NCBI GenBank assembly: GCA_964247055.1
Contig: OZ176054.1
Coordinates: forward strand, 13,471,746 to 13,535,745
Direction of reading: 5' to 3'
Length of the DNA stretch: 64,000 nt
Source: Paragordius varius
Lineage: Eukaryota > Animalia > Nematomorpha
Shown: one piece after another, positions 24,501 to 36,967 of the stretch
How the letters are laid out: every line of letters starts with the position of its first letter
Position numbering within the stretch: position 1 is the first letter of the stretch
Translations under genes and position numbers: made by a program
Notes under the pieces: model-generated
What the model was told of the DNA's origin: nothing
The model's input: only the letters and a program-made list of their open reading frames with translations
Database searches by the model: none

Positions 24501-26297
24501 TTTTTCTAAAAGACAGCCACACTTTTTTTAATCTTAGATTTTTAAAATTTAATAATTGTTTAAAATGTAAAATATGAGAAATATATATTCACTTGTCTTT
24601 TAGAAAAAAATATTTGTCTCTATATTTTTACATTTTGTCCGTATAATTTTAGTTTTTATTGTATATGTACAAAATGTATTTTTTGGTTAAAAATTTTCTT
24701 CCTTGTTGTAAATTAATAAATTCTGTTCTATATATCTATCGATTTTAAAAAACAATTTTTGCTCTTGTTTCTATATCATTAAGTTTAGGCAAAATTTTAA
24801 ATAATTATCGGTCTACTGCTTTATTAAAAATTTGTTAACATATGATATCAAACATAAATTACATATTTTTATATGTGCAGATTTTAAGTAAATTTTATAT
24901 GAGAGAATGGGTTTTTTAATATATTTGCGTCTAAAAACTTGAAAAATGTATTTTATCGAGTCATTAAATATACATAAATAAGGGTATGAAACTCTTTTAA
25001 CGCGGAAAAAAACGATTATAGATGCGTCATGGTTATCGATTATCAGATTTTTATTTAGTTACAGATTATTTGATTGTAAATATTTAGATTAGCGGTAAGA
25101 CCGGTTAGAATATGCGAGTTAATTAATCCAACTCTAGATAGATATTATAAATAAGGGTAGGGGGTTATATATTGGAAAGATGTATCAATAAAAAAGCATA
25201 CCTAGTTAAAATGCCTGTGGCTTTATAACGCATAAAATCGGCAAGATCCATCATCATTCCAATATCTTTCCATTTGATTAAATTCTAATAGACATTCAAA
25301 ACAAAGTTGCATAATTACCGTAAAATTACAGTAAAAAATGAAATTATTTTAAAAAATTCCAATATTTTTAAACCTTGATTTTTAGAAAAAAATATATAAA
25401 TAGTTTTGAATCGACAAGGAAAATAAGTTGCTTAAACACGAAATTATATGAGTAAGTAAATATTGCTAGAAAGTTATTAATTATTGCCAAATAGCATAGA
25501 ATATGCAACAAAGAGAATTATTGGCTAATAATAGTAAAAAGTGAAAAAAATAACTATAAGCCAATAATACTGCCCCCTTTATTGTATATGCTATTTGGCT
25601 ATATATAATAACTTTCTTAGCAATATCTACTGACTCATACTATTTAACAAATACTGTTTTAACGTTGTTTTATCTGTATAACATCAAACTCCACTGTATT
25701 AAAATTGTGATAAAAGCATAAAAACATTTAATAATTATTTTTTCCACTAGAAAAAATATAAATCCTACAAATATTTGGAAAGGATACGCGTTTTAGCCAA
25801 AGCAACTTGGGAATTTGCATTTCCAAAGAAATTTTGCCCCCTAAAGAGCGCAAGACTTCATCATTGCAACAAACAGAATTTATGTAATAAGCTTCCTGAT
25901 CAGCTCTATGATCCATCCACATGATTATATTATATATTTCTTCATCAGTGTTCAGGCTGTTGATTTGATTGAAAGCATTTATAGGATTAGATTGGTGATC
26001 TAAAATTACTAATGAGCAGGTAGACGCAAATGAAATTGATTTTATACAATTGGAATTTACATTCTGTAACATCTCCTAGATTTCAAAAGTATTGAGGAAA
26101 TAATGTACTTTAAAGGCATCAATAAAGGACAACCATATATTATCGGATGATTGCATATAGATATTAGAATTTGGGCTAAATATCTTGAGTGGCCTTACTG
26201 TTTTATAAATCAATTGGCCATAAAAATCAAAAACACCAATCCTTATGCTGCCTGATCCAACATCAACTCCAATATGATAATCTAACAAGGGATTCAT
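15397..26297 (-). CDS. FGGY: FGGY carbohydrate kinase domain-containing protein (D-ribulokinase-like), about 14 exons
   Basis: Exons join with consistent phases: 26109-26297 (IGVDVGSGSIR), 25788-26075 (STCSLV, IMWMDHRA, EMQIPKLLWLK), 25202-25284 (DLADFMRYKATG), 23874-23932 (SVCKW), 23738-23779, 23288-23390 or 22836-22923, 21113-21279 (MIDAHAG), 20452-20547 (GTSNC, GIWG), ~19557-19818 (GPYYSA, EGGQ), ~18959-19085 (IWPDFTGNRSP), ~16725-16804, ~16233-16345 (GGGLCHN), ~15636-15749, 15397-~15547 (KYEIF, stop TAG). Confidence 0.95.
15782..16069. mobile_element. MITE family M1 copy (FGGY intron)
   Basis: TA|CAATAAAAACTGAAATTAT...TTTTTACTG|TA. Confidence 0.85.
16393..16660. mobile_element. MITE family M1 copy, right end degenerate (FGGY intron)
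   Basis: TA|CAGTAAAAATTAT start, AAAAGACAACC motif, inverted GGTCTTTTGAAAA. Confidence 0.65.
16968..18370. mobile_element. Foldback-type MITE (family F) split by a nested C2 insertion
   Basis: Left arm ACCATTTACAATTCAAATTC and right arm GAATTTGAA...GTAAATGGT; the sequences either side of 17139-18273 rejoin to match the intact copy at 24051-24420 (reverse orientation). Confidence 0.75.
17139..18273 (+). mobile_element. ~1.13-kb non-autonomous CMC/Chapaev3-like element, family C2
   Basis: Ends CACTAGTCGACAA / TTGTTGAGCAGTG; TAA duplicated on both sides; inverted near-copy at 56071-57208; strand is relative orientation only. Confidence 0.8.
19287..19600. repeat. Diverged tandem duplication (~165-bp unit) overlapping the 3' end of a FGGY exon
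   Basis: TCCGTTTTT..CAAAAGTGAAA...AAGTTCATAAACAGCGCAAAAC...GTAGAAATTGTTTGATAATC occurs twice in tandem. Confidence 0.85.
20042..20334. mobile_element. MITE family M1 copy (FGGY intron)
   Basis: CAGTAAAAACTAAAATTATACGGACAAAACG start and matching inverted end. Confidence 0.85.
20748..21010. mobile_element. Foldback-type MITE family F copy
   Basis: AATTCAAATTCAC left arm; AGGGTGAATTTGAATTGTTCAAGGGTGAATTTGAAGTGTAAATGGTATATAT right arm. Confidence 0.75.
21357..21510. mobile_element. Truncated MITE family M1 copy followed by (TA)n
   Basis: TA|CAGTAAAAATGAAATTATACGG start; the right half is replaced by a TA microsatellite and the C1 element. Confidence 0.7.
21572..22678 (-). mobile_element. CMC/Chapaev3-like family C1, second copy (FGGY intron)
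   Basis: TTA|CACTGGACAACAAATTTT...AAAATTTGTTGTCTAGTG|TTA; reverse complement of 5961-7081. Confidence 0.8.
22690..23480. repeat. Tandem duplication (~450-bp unit) of a FGGY exon plus flanking M1 MITE sequence
   Basis: ORFs 22745-22942 and 23197-23409 have identical 3' parts; each unit is bounded by M1 sequence. Confidence 0.9.
23429..23711. mobile_element. MITE family M1 copy (FGGY intron)
   Basis: TA|CAGTAAAAATTATGCGGGC...TCCGTATAATTTAAATTTTTACTG. Confidence 0.85.
24051..24420. mobile_element. Foldback-type MITE family F, most complete copy
   Basis: Long TIRs built of tandem ~20-bp subrepeats (AATTCAAATTCACCCTTGAAC, x3-4 per arm) ending ...GTAAATGGTATATAT. Confidence 0.8.
24450..24661. 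mobile_element. MITE family M1 copy, internally deleted
   Basis: TA|CAGTAAAATTGAAATTAT...TTGTCCGTATAATTTTAGTTTTTATTG|TA. Confidence 0.8.
25447..25640. mobile_element. ~190-bp palindromic MITE family M2
   Basis: TATGAGTAAG...TTGCTAGAAAGTTATT and inverted AATAACTTTC.TAGCAA...ACTCATA; second copy at 32729-32915. Confidence 0.7.
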
Positions 26298-28454
26298 TAA
26301 ATTTCCAAGTCAAAAATTGAATTTAAATAACCCATATGTGACAATGACAATAAATAAATTTCGATGGTGAGTGTAATAATTAATTTTGAGGTAAATATTT
26401 ACCCTATAATATTTAAGCCAAGAATTAATTGAGTATAGACAAAACGTAAAATTATATATATACATAGATACATTCGAAAATTTTATATTTTTTCATACGA
26501 TGGGTTCCAGAGTTGAAAATTGGGATAGCTTTATAAAATTTGATGTTAAGAGTGAGTCAGAATATTTGCATATATGATTTTAAGAAAATGTTTCCAAAAG
26601 TTTGTGTGTTAAGTCTTTTAAGAAAATCAATCACCCCAGTATAAATTTAACCAAATCTACTAATATTAAAAGTAGGATGGTTTCACCTTGAATTACAAGC
26701 TTCCGCAGGCTCCAAAATACTTTAATTGTCAAACTTTTTTAAAATGCGTTAGTTTTCTTAAAAATGATAAATTTGGGGAATATGAGGTGATTTTATTAAA
26801 ATAATCAATTAAAAAATGTTCGCATAGCGTGAAGTGCAATGACATATTTCATAATGGAAACCATAAAACACGCTATTGCATTTTTTCAAATTAATATATT
26901 TCGATTGAAAATATTTATTACCTTAGATTTGTGAAAAGATTTTGGCTTCTTTCTAGAATATCATAATCATGAAAATCAAGACATAAACCTAACTAATATT
27001 TTAAACTAAATTTTGGACAGATCACTTTAGCGGCAGAAAAATATTTATAGCAGCGATACTTAAGCGGCAGCCCACAAGCCGCATGCGGCCCTTAAAGTTC
27101 TTTTTATGCCCCTGAAATACATAATTTTTGATTTTTAGAGTGCGAATATTTATTTATTTTTCAGTATTTTAAAATGCGTTTAATTTGGTAATTTCTTAAT
27201 AGAAATTAAATTAATCTTAAAATAATACTGCCTCGGTTTTAATAAATGCATCTGTATATGATTCCAGGTAGGATTTGAAAAAAGTCGCAAAGGATAGGGT
27301 AAGATGAATAGCAAGTTATGTCAAATAAATATTAAATAAAATCTATAGTTATCCTGATTATTTTGTTTCAACTCACATCGGCATAACTATTATATTAAGA
27401 CACATAGGATACGGACTTTAGAGACTGTTATAATAGCGACATTATCAAAAAATATTGGTCAATTTTAAAACTTATCCATTTTGTCGAAGATTTTACAATA
27501 TTTTTGTACATAACCCTCAAAAACAAAGTTGTTGTACTCATCTAGTTTATAAATGCCCGCGTATGAAGCTATGCAATATTTGTCGGCACTGTGCTCTGGC
27601 CTTTTATACAAAAAACATTTTACATGTCCCATCAAAATTTTTGGTTAGTGCACTGTCTTAAATTGTTTTCAGTTTCAGCTATGCTTAAAATTACCAAAAA
27701 TAATGATGCAAAATTTGGCTTTTATTCGATTATTAACACTTCGATTCAAACAGGGGGTCTAGAGAATCCAAACTATATTTATATTGTTTTAAAACCACTG
27801 AAGAAAACGGTTGGATACAAATTTTTGCTTGTAAACTAATAAAAAATCGAAATATATAAATAAAATTTAATAAAAGTATCATATAAAACTACTTCGAGGC
27901 TATATTTGTTTCACAATATTTTTGCAAAACAGCCTGTAAATTCGATTATAACGCTAAAATTTAAGCTAATTTTTATTTGACATCTAAATTTATTATTTTA
28001 TATTTGGCTAATGCATACATGTTATATTGACTAAATTTTAACTTGAGGTTGATCCATAAAATAATTAATATCGGGTTATTAAATTAATCTTTTCGTATTT
28101 CTATGCATAAACTTATAGTACAAACTTTTGTAATGTAAATTTTAATCAAAGTAATTATATTTTCAATATTCTTATAATTACTTAAATTCTTAATTCCGCT
28201 TTTTCCTTAGTTTTAAATACCCCAATTTAGATGGGTCCAAAGATTTCACATTTCAAACCCACGCTTAAATAAAATTTATGCTTTCTCTTTATAAAATTTA
28301 ATTTTCTTTAAAATAAAGCACTTATATTACAATATTTATTGGATAAAGCACACATTTTCAAAACTGACCCCCTTACTAACTACATTCGTTAATATCGACT
28401 GTAAATTAAAATATTTATATTAATGGTATGGCAGAATATAGGTTTGCATATATG

Positions 28455-30200
28455 GTTAATTAGCTTTTTTATTTCGTTTATCTCTTTCGTGAACATCATC
28501 ATATTCGGCAACATCTTCATCGTTTGCAGTTAGATCTGAATCAGATTTCCTGCCTTCATCCGAATTCCTTCTATTATCATCACGGTTGTATTCCTCATCA
28601 TCTAAATGAGAAAATAAAATAAAAACTTACCGATAACTGTAATGCACGTAAGCACTTTTGTGGGTAACATCCGCTTTAAAAAGATTTAAGGTTCTTTTTT
28701 AAAAAACTTGGTTTTTACGGGGTTATACAGTAAAAATTGAAATTATACAGAAAAAAATATAAAGACAATTTTTTTTAAATGACAACCCTACTTTTACACC
28801 TTAAATATTCCTATTAAGATCATTTTTTAACAATCATAAAATATGTAATTGATTGTTTCACCAATATACATGTCTATTTTATACGTACAAAACAATAAAT
28901 TTTATATAAAAAAAGCAAGACTAAAAAGTATGTTTGTATTATAGAAAAAAAATTTTGTTTATAAAGTTTTGTCCGTATAATTACAATGTTTATTGTATGT
29001 TAAGAGACTAATATATTCTTATTTGGAATAGTAAATAAAAAATCAACACATCTTTCAATCAAATACTTTGTTCCATTTTTTATTATAAGTAATCTTATTA
29101 TCTGTAAATAAAAACGGTAGGTATAACAGGCGTGTATGGCTAAAACGATATCGAAAAACTCTCTAAATTTGTAAGAAACCAGTGATAAAATTAATACCCC
29201 TTCTATCTGCCTCTATTTCATCATGATCATGGTGATCCCTCGGATTTTTTCTAGAATCATAATCACGGTCCTGAGAATTATTGGAAGAGTGATCATTTTC
29301 TTCTTTGCTTGAATCTTTTGAATCTCTATCACGTTCTCTTTCAATAATCTCATTCTTGCGGTCTTCCCTATCTATATATTTTTGCCAAAATGGCGGTGGT
29401 TTCTTTTCTCTCTCACTACTATTTCTGGTGACACCATCAATTTTTCTTTTATTATCTGTTGATAAAAATTTACGTATTTCATGAATTAATAAACTAGAAT
29501 TTATTTCATTTCTGTTGGGTTGGATCTCGACAGGATTAGAAATGTGACCATGTTTTACTGCGCTTTCCTTTATGTTGGCTATGATATCTGTATCTTTCCT
29601 TAGATTTTTATTACGGTTATTTAACTCGCTAAGAACTGTAAGTAGGCGTTGAGCAAACCCTTCTATAAATAAATTAAATTGATAATAAGTGGGCATTGGT
29701 ATATTGTTTAGGAAGGATTTCCAAATTTTTATTCTAAATTAACAAATTTTCTTAGACTTTTTCAAAAAAATATTTAACAAACCATGTTGCAAGGGTGTGG
29801 ATTGCCCTTCGGTCGTAATGTTCCTAAAACCAAAAATGTATGTTTTTGTCTCATTCTTAGCTTCCCCCGGATATTCAGATACTTTGGCTAGAGTTTTTTC
29901 CAGTGAGTTTTTTGAGCCATTTAGATTTTTCTTATTAGGCTTGTGTTTAACACTTTTATTCGTGTAGTAATGATGATTATTCACAACGTGTACCAATAAT
30001 TTTGCATCTACCGTGGCTTGAATTTCATTATTATAGTATATTATGTTGGTTGATGCGTTACGACCCAATAAGGTATCAGGACTACCGGATATTTTTAGTT
30101 TTCGCCCATTTGCGTAAAAGATTTCTTCCACAGCTCCATTGCAAATCAAATTAAAAATGTGCCCCCATATTAATAAAAATTCTAAAGACAATGTTTTCAT
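28455..30200 (-). CDS. Orphan secreted protein with a highly charged R/D/E-rich C-terminal half (multi-exon)
   Basis: Signal-peptide-like N-terminus MKTLSLEFLLIWGHIFNLICNG; ORFs 29739-30200 and 29163-29696 join in frame via CAT G|GT...TTTATAG|AA; last exon ~28455-28601 (DEEYNRDDNRRNSDEGRKS...KAN*); middle exon structure uncertain. Confidence 0.7.
28728..28995. mobile_element. MITE family M1 copy (intron of the secreted-protein gene)
   Basis: TA|CAGTAAAAATTGAAATTATAC...TTGTCCGTATAATTACAATGTTTATTG|TA. Confidence 0.8.
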
Positions 30201-32700
30201 TGCTCAATACACGACTAGTGGAAATCTAAATCCATAGAAAAGATTATACTGTAGATCATATTATAGTAGATAAAAACTTACGGATTAGAATCAAAGCCGT
30301 TTGTGACTTTGAAACACAGTAATGGAAATTATACGGACCAATATTTTCAAAAGACATCCATACTTAATCCGTAATTTTACCAACAAAATTATTTCATCAC
30401 AAATGGAAAATATATAATTGATTGTCTTTTGAAAATAATATTATTAAAAAATTTGCCCGTGAAACCACCCAGATTAAAAACAAAATGCAAATCTTAACCG
30501 TGTTAAAATGGCACTTTACAATAATATATAGCATTTGACTAAAAAAATTTTTTTTACAAAACGATGTTTTTGGAATAACATTTGTATATATTCATCTTCC
30601 ATAAATTCAGGTAATTTAAGTTTTTTATCAGTGATGACTCGTTTTCATCAAAATATTTCTATAAGAATTTCATATGATAAAAAATTTATATATATTTGCG
30701 TCATTATTAATAATAAATTTTATTAGATAATTTTTTAAAAAAGCCATAATTATTCGAAAATTTTCCATTGTGGTGGATAATCTAACTTATATTTATAATA
30801 ATTAATATGTTGTAACCGGTGTCCATTATAAGTAATAATTCCATTATAAGTAATAATAATAGTTTTTTGTAATATATTGATCTGAAGCCAGCGTTTACCA
30901 AAATTTATTGGGTATTTTTTATACTGATTTTGTGAAATGTATTGTAAATATATTAATGGTTTAATATTAACGATTGCCATAATTTTTACCTATAAAATAT
31001 ATTCAAATTGGCCAAGAAGAAACTATATCACATACCACTGGATAGGGAATTGAAAGCGTTAAAGAAAGAATTTAAAATAGATAAAAGATAAGTTTATGAA
31101 TTTAGGTTAAAAATGAACGACATTTAGCTCCCAGCATGATTTGATCATATTATAATTATATAGGTAAACACATTAACATTATCATGACTCCTAAACCTAT
31201 CAATCGATTTGAAATTAATTTTTTTTTCAGGTAAGCTTTTTATTTAAGTGATTATAGATTTTTACAAATTATTCACTTATATAAAAAATTTTAAATTAAA
31301 AACATGTGCTATCAATGGGCGTTAAAAAATGAAAATTCTAACCAATTGTAGCGAAAAAAATACTGTTTTTTTAACCTAAAAAATTATTAAAAATATATTA
31401 CACATGGTTGATATTGTGTGTTCAGGGCTATATTTTACAATACTTTGTGACAAAAAAAGCAATATTTCTTTTTAAAAAAAATGTATAAAAATGTATATTT
31501 TCTCCCTTATTTTTTGGGTCTTTTCTTGCGACCTCAATATGCGTTCGTGTTTGTATCCAAAGCACCAACTTACTTTCAATATCAAAACGCTTCCGATTCA
31601 GAATTAACCAATAATTTTAACACAATCGATGATATATCTCGTAATGTTGAGTTTTCCAACAATTTCAGTTTTGTCCATGCTGAAAAAATACCGGATAATT
31701 ATTTAAGTTCACAAAGGCAAACCGAATTCCAAAGGCCAATAAGTCTCAAGGATAATCGCGAGATATTAAAGGGTCGAACATGGGAGGAATACGAATTAGT
31801 TCAAAGATATATGACATATCTTGATAATAATCAAACTACTGTACATAAAAGTGGCAAAAATGTTTTTGCGCCCTCAACCAAAAGCAATGGCCTATTTGAA
31901 ACGGATATTGTGTTGACACCTCAAACAGCACAATATTATTTCGGACGCAATTCCCAAACAACGGAACATTTGAATTCAATATTACCCAAAAAAGTTTCGA
32001 GGGTTTATAAAACATGGAAAGATACGATGCCAATACGATATAAATTGGAAGACTTGGAAGGTTGAACACGTTAAATAATTGTTTCAGTTTGATAAATATG
32101 AAATGTAAATAATGGATTAATTTAGTCATAACTTTGTCTAAGTATCTATTATTTTATAAAAGCCAGACAGCTAATCATTTAGGCATAGGGATCTATCAAA
32201 ATGAAGTTAAACAAGCAAAAATAAGGAAATGATTAAATGTAAATTTATAATGGGATTAACCATTAGCCAGATTCCCATTTTATTCACATATATTTAGTTT
32301 TTGTAGTCATACAATATACTTTAGGTAATGATGTATATTAAGGGCGTTTTATATTTCATTTGCGCCTTTTTTTCAAAAACTCTATAATGGTTATTATGAA
32401 TTTTAAAGCAACACAAATAATTTTATTAGATCCGTTGCTATATGACCAAATTATTGAAGCAATATATCTTTGGCAAAATTTGACTTGCGTACGATTCCAA
32501 GCCATACCTGACAACTCAAATGAAACTGTCCAAGGAGATCATTTAGTATTTTTTTCTGGGGCTGGGTAATTCATAATACCTTTTTCTTTCAAAAACAAAA
32601 GTTTACCTTTACTATTGTTAGCTGTTGGTCCTACATTGGTAAAACAGGCGGAGAACAAACCATTTCAATAACCACTAAATGTGTGAAAGTTAGTGTTTTT
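30010..32700 (+). repeat. Segmental duplication unit A (partner 55222-58920)
   Basis: Colinear similarity across the 5' end of the secreted-protein gene, the intergenic region and astacin exons 1-3. Confidence 0.9.
31481..32688 (+). CDS. Astacin-family metalloprotease copy A, exons 1-3 only (signal/prodomain and N-terminal part of the protease domain)
   Basis: Exons 31481-32060, 32430-32565, 32622-32688 are open with GT-AG sites; FETDIVLT prodomain motif, AIYLWQNLTCVRF, GCWSYIGKTGG; no HExxH exon found before copy B. Confidence 0.8.
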
Positions 32701-32728
32701 AGACAATCTTTTGATATACATACATATA

Positions 32729-32915
32729 CAGTATGAGTAAGTATACATTGCTTGCTAGAAAGTTATTAATTATTGCCAAAAAGCATAGACAACGGGCAGT
32801 ATTATTGGCTTATAGTGATTTTTTCACTTTCTACTATAATTAGATACTCTCTTTGCTGCAGAAGCTATTTGGCAATAATTAATAACTTTCTAGCAATATA
32901 TACTAACTCATACTG
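32729..32915. mobile_element. MITE family M2 copy
   Basis: TA|CAGTATGAGT...ACTCATACTG with long internal inverted arms. Confidence 0.75.
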
Positions 32916-33359
32916 TTGTATATAAATAGAAGTCTCAAGGTTAAAAAGTTGAATATTTTTTTTATTCCTTTTACAATATGCATTGTGATGGTTGCTTATT
33001 GCACACAATAGTTGGGCAATTCGCAATACATTAGTGTATGGAAAAAAGAACAAAATATTTAAAAAAAAACAAAGCAATGTAAGAAAGGAAAAACATTTTT
33101 ATTCAACATTTTTTGTTTTTTCCATACATTCCTTTGTTGCAAATGGTCCAATTATAGTGTTAAATAAGCAACAATTAAAATGCACACTGTATGTATAAGG
33201 TGACCAGATTTTTTGAAGGAAAAAGCGGGACAAATCTGAGAAAGGGGGGGGGGATCATTGGGGGGTACAACCAAAAGATTTTATACATAAAATTTATTGT
33301 AATATTTATTTATTTTTAACACAAATACATTATAAATATAAAAAAATTTGTACCTTAGA

Positions 33360-34130
33360 GGTTGTTTGTACCTTATTCAATAAATTTACATGTGCACGAA
33401 CAAAAGGTGAAGTAAAGACGAAATCATCACAAAGTGCGCTGGGTGATGCAAGAAGCGGCACAAAAAATATTTTTAACAATTTCGCGAATATAATCAAAAC
33501 ATTATTGGCAGATCAACGCTATTCAAACAGCTACTGATTTGTTACCCCTGGATGTGGAAAATATAGATTTTAAAATTCTTGGATAATGTAGAACTGTTGG
33601 TTAGCTCCTTTGCCAGCGATTGAAATATTTATAAAAATGTGATCTCCTAGAATCATATTATTTATCACAGGACAAAGGTCAAAATTCCAAGTCAAAAAAG
33701 GTTAGAAAATAATTTTATACCATTACCTAATCGCAATATTATAAAGCATCTAGAAAAACAAGGCTCAATGAATAGCCAGAATATAAAAATGTTTTATACA
33801 AACAGAAACGATTATTTGGGAGACAAGACGGTGCACAATGACACTTTTTTATGAAGTCTCATTATTAAATAAATATATTGAAAAACTTATATTATGGACA
33901 ACAGAAAATACGTAGGATAGAAATGGTTAAAATAATCATTTTTAAACAAATAATGTTCCATACAATAATATTTTAATTGTAGAATTTACATTATCTTTAC
34001 CTGAACCACTGCCATTGAACGCGTTTTCCACAGCAAATTAAGTAAGGACACGGAATCAAATTTAAATGTTGAATATATGCCATTTTATGTGTTCAAATAT
34101 AATTTGACAAATCATGAAGACTTATACAAT
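33360..34130 (+). pseudogene. Collapsed, inverted copy of the same hAT transposase
   Basis: Plus-strand fragments NKFTCARTK, IQTATDLLPLDVEN, GTTAGAAAATAATTTTATACCATT, TTATCTTTACCTG..GCGTTTTCCACA match the minus-strand transposase in the same order, with large deletions between them. Confidence 0.85.
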
Positions 34131-34229
34131 ATTTTAAGTAATTTTGTTTATTTTTTAATATAAAAACTTTATTAATATAAAGAAATATTTTATTCTTTGG
34201 TATATTTTTTGTTTGAGTGAATGCGTTTT

Positions 34230-36026
34230 AGCGGATTGTCATTTTAAAAATATTATAGAAGTCTTCACAAGAATGTGTCTAATTATATTTGACAGATAAA
34301 ATTCCCTTTAAAGTTTCAACAAAATAAATTTGATTTTTCCGATGTCCACACATATACTGTGGAAAAAACGCGCTCAGTAGCAGCGTGGGTTCCAGGTAAA
34401 GATAGTGCGAATTCCATAATTTTAATATTATTAATGTAATTATAGTTGGCTTCAAAATGATAAAATATTTCCAACCATTTCTTTTCTACTGTATATTTTT
34501 CTTTTGTCCATAATTTAAGTTTTTCATTATTAATATATCTTTTAACTAATGATTCTTCAGGAAAAAGATCATTTTCTGAAAGATTTTTTGAGAATTTTTG
34601 GGATCAGATATAATCAAATGATTTTTGAACATCGCACCAATTTGTTTTTATTGTTATCCAAAGAAAATGATTAATTTTATTGAATTGCGTCGTCCAGTCT
34701 TCCAAATAATTTCTACAGTTTGTATAAAATATTTTTATATGGTACAGGATATCTTGGCGATTTATTAAGCCTTGTTTTTCTAAATTATTTATTATATTAC
34801 GGATGGTTAATGGTATAAAATTATTTTCTAACCGTTCTTGACATTGGAATTTTAGGTTACTAACTTCATTGTCTACTTCGATTGCCGAAATTTTGTCACC
34901 TTCTATAAATTTAATAACATGAAAGAGAGAAGCTTGATTATGTAAGAATTCTAACCATATTTTTGAAGAATCACTTTTAAAAAACTTTTTTAAAGTTGTA
35001 GGACATTTGTCCTGTGATAAAAAAATGATTTTAAAGGATCATACATTTTTAAAATTCTTTCGATAGCTGGCATAAAAGCTAACCAACGAGTTTTACAATA
35101 TCCAAGCATTTTTTGATATTGAACTTCTGCATTTTCACAGAATTCTTTAAGCGTTTCAACACGTACCGTTTATATATAAAAATAGGAATATATTTTAACA
35201 ACTACATTTTCCACATCTAGGGGTAACAAATCAGCAGCTGTTTGAATATCATTGTGTATTATATGCGCTGCACACCCAACGCCAATGTCTTGATTAAGAT
35301 TTTCTGCTAATTTATATTTTTTGTTCCCCTCCTTGCTTTTCCACCGAAGTTCGTATTGGTGTTGTCAGCGCAATATGCGATAATTTTGTCTTTTAAATTA
35401 TTTTTTTATAGAATATGCATTACTGAAGTAAATATTATTTCGGAATTTTCACCGGGTAAAGAAATTAAATCTAAAATTTTAATTTTAACTCCGGTTTCTG
35501 AACAAAATATCTTATTAAAGTGGGAAATAATTTTGTTTCATGGTGATTTGATGATCAGAGTATAGGGATAAGAAATTAATTTTCAGCAAATCTTTTTGTA
35601 TTTCTGAAAATGCATATGATGAAAGGACATTGCACACAATGGCTTCAGCCTTTGTACGGGCACATGTAAAATTTTTATGGAATAAGGTACGAATAACCTG
35701 TGAGGTACAATCCATAGATCTAAAGGATTGATTGTGATTAACGGCGTGAAAAGATAAAACACCTTCGGCTAGTGCCAAATTCTTTTCTTCCTCTCCAAAA
35801 GCGGTTTTTCGAAAAAAATCGCTCATTTTGTAGGATGATGCCGCCATATCTAAACATTTTATATGTTGTGTTTCCACATGCTTTGTAATATCATGCTTGC
35901 CGCCATGTGCTAGAGTGAATTGCCCCTCGCATATAAGACATTTAATTGATTCATTCTTCGTTTTTTTGATAAAAGAAAATTCTTTATTATTCCATCGTTG
36001 AATTTACAACCTCTTTTTGTGCTCAT
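34230..36026 (-). pseudogene. hAT transposase pseudogene
   Basis: BED-like finger CLICEGQFTLAHGGKHDITKH, HNQSFRSMDCTS, FTCARTKAEAI, SNHHETKLFP, ADNTNTNFGG, GCAAHIIHN, dimerisation motif LPGTHAATERVFS; frameshifts near 35960 and 35550 and an in-frame TAA near 35170. Confidence 0.9.
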
Positions 36027-36967
36027 ATTTATAAACTACTATTAGCATAATATTACTTATATTACCATAATTTTCTGAAATAAACGTGTAAGCTACCGAT
36101 TTGTGGTATTAATTTGTCTTTTAATCTAGAGATTTGTGGTATAAACTTGGCTTTTTGATTATGATGACAGTAGTAGTAGGAAGCAAAGTGTATAATCATA
36201 TGATATAAATTCGAAAAAAATAAATATTTTTAATTTAAAAATAAAAAATTTTAATTTAAAATTGAATAGATTTTAAAGATATTTGATGATAAAAAAAATT
36301 TATTTGTATTAAAAAATTTTTTTTAAATAATCGTGAAAAAGCGGGACATTTTAAAACGTAGCGGGAGGCGGGAGAAAGTGTGAAAAAGCAGGACGTCTGG
36401 TCACCTTAATTATATATCATCTAAAAAACCTTAAATTTTGATTGAAATTCAATTATATATGTTTTAACATTTTTTAGAGCTGGTTAATACTGAAAAGAGT
36501 GGACAACCCTGTTTTAACAAATATGGATATTCTTATATTAAAATATTTGCTTTAAGTTTTTCCGTTTTGTCTATATTTTAATTTTTAAAAAAATATGTAG
36601 AGGTGTAATCAACACAAGAGGGTTTTAATTTTAATTTTTAAAATAAATCTTGCCAATAACTTTGATGTTGGTTGTAAAAAACATTAGTGTTTTAAAAAAT
36701 TAAGGGTAACGGAATCGCTATCTCCTCTAATTGATTTTTGACAAGACACGAAAAATAGATTGTAAAAATAACCATACCATATCTCAATATATTATATATG
36801 ATTAAATTATTTATTTTTTTGATGATATAGTGACCCCATTTTGGGGGTTAATGTTGGATAATAAAACATTAATTAAATAATGGTTATAACAAAATTTTTT
36901 TAAAAATAAAAATGAGTGAGAGAGCTGTATTGGAATTATATGAAAAGGAAAAAATGTATTGTATTAT

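Larger units (their letters stand above)
33196..36408 (-). mobile_element. 3.2-kb hAT DNA transposon
   Basis: 13-bp TIRs TAAGGTGACCAGA / TCTGGTCACCTTA, subterminal GCGGGA(C) motifs at both ends, internal hAT transposase relic; no convincing TSD. Confidence 0.9.

Noticed and set aside
33190-36415. Target-site duplication for the hAT element
   Set aside because: No 5- or 8-bp direct repeat matches for any plausible terminus; only TA, which cannot be told apart from the TIR
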